Positions 10,476 through 10,535 of a stretch of 10,535 nucleotides of DNA are shown here, in pieces. The stretch covers positions 1 to 10,535 of the forward strand of contig JBJMMA010000130.1 in the NCBI GenBank assembly GCA_045805065.1, given 5' to 3'. Within the stretch, counting starts at the first letter, position 1, and every line of letters begins with the position of its first letter. This DNA is from Bdellovibrionia bacterium. GTDB lineage: Bacteria > Bdellovibrionota > UBA1018. The notes beneath the pieces were generated by a model. It was not told the origin of the DNA. It searched no databases and was given only the letters and a program-made list of their open reading frames with translations. The translations under genes and the position numbers were made by a program.

Positions 10476-10535
10476 TTAGGACCGAAAATTGCTCAACCCT
10501 TGTCAGGAGATTTTCATTTTAAATGGTGCTCGAAA

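Overview
Bacterial chromosomal window. The left half (1..~5100) is a minus-strand rRNA operon: promoter and A/T-rich UP-like tract (~5044-5100), ~430-nt leader with boxA, 16S rRNA (~3048-4603), a ~990-nt hairpin-dense ITS carrying only tRNA-Ile(GAT) plus a second boxA, and the 5' ~2 kb of 23S rRNA, truncated at the window edge. From memory, the 16S signatures resemble uncultured Bdellovibrionota/Oligoflexia (0319-6G20-like); this was not verified. Upstream lies a divergent pair of sigma54 enhancer-binding proteins (bEBPs). One is a 327-aa AAA+/HTH protein with no sensory domain, an atypical Walker A and its own near-consensus -24/-12 promoter. The other is a 462-aa NtrC-type REC-AAA-HTH protein with no adjacent kinase. 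An 18-bp palindrome lies between them. These are followed by nth (endonuclease III), an EamA/DMT permease, a secreted 8-Cys two-repeat hypothetical protein and a DUF4442-like hotdog-fold protein. The most notable signals are the putative bEBP cascade abutting the rrn operon, the expanded structured rRNA spacers with a far-displaced 16S processing stem, candidate leaderless genes, and sigma70-type promoters lacking T at -7. No mobile element, CRISPR array or defence system is visible.
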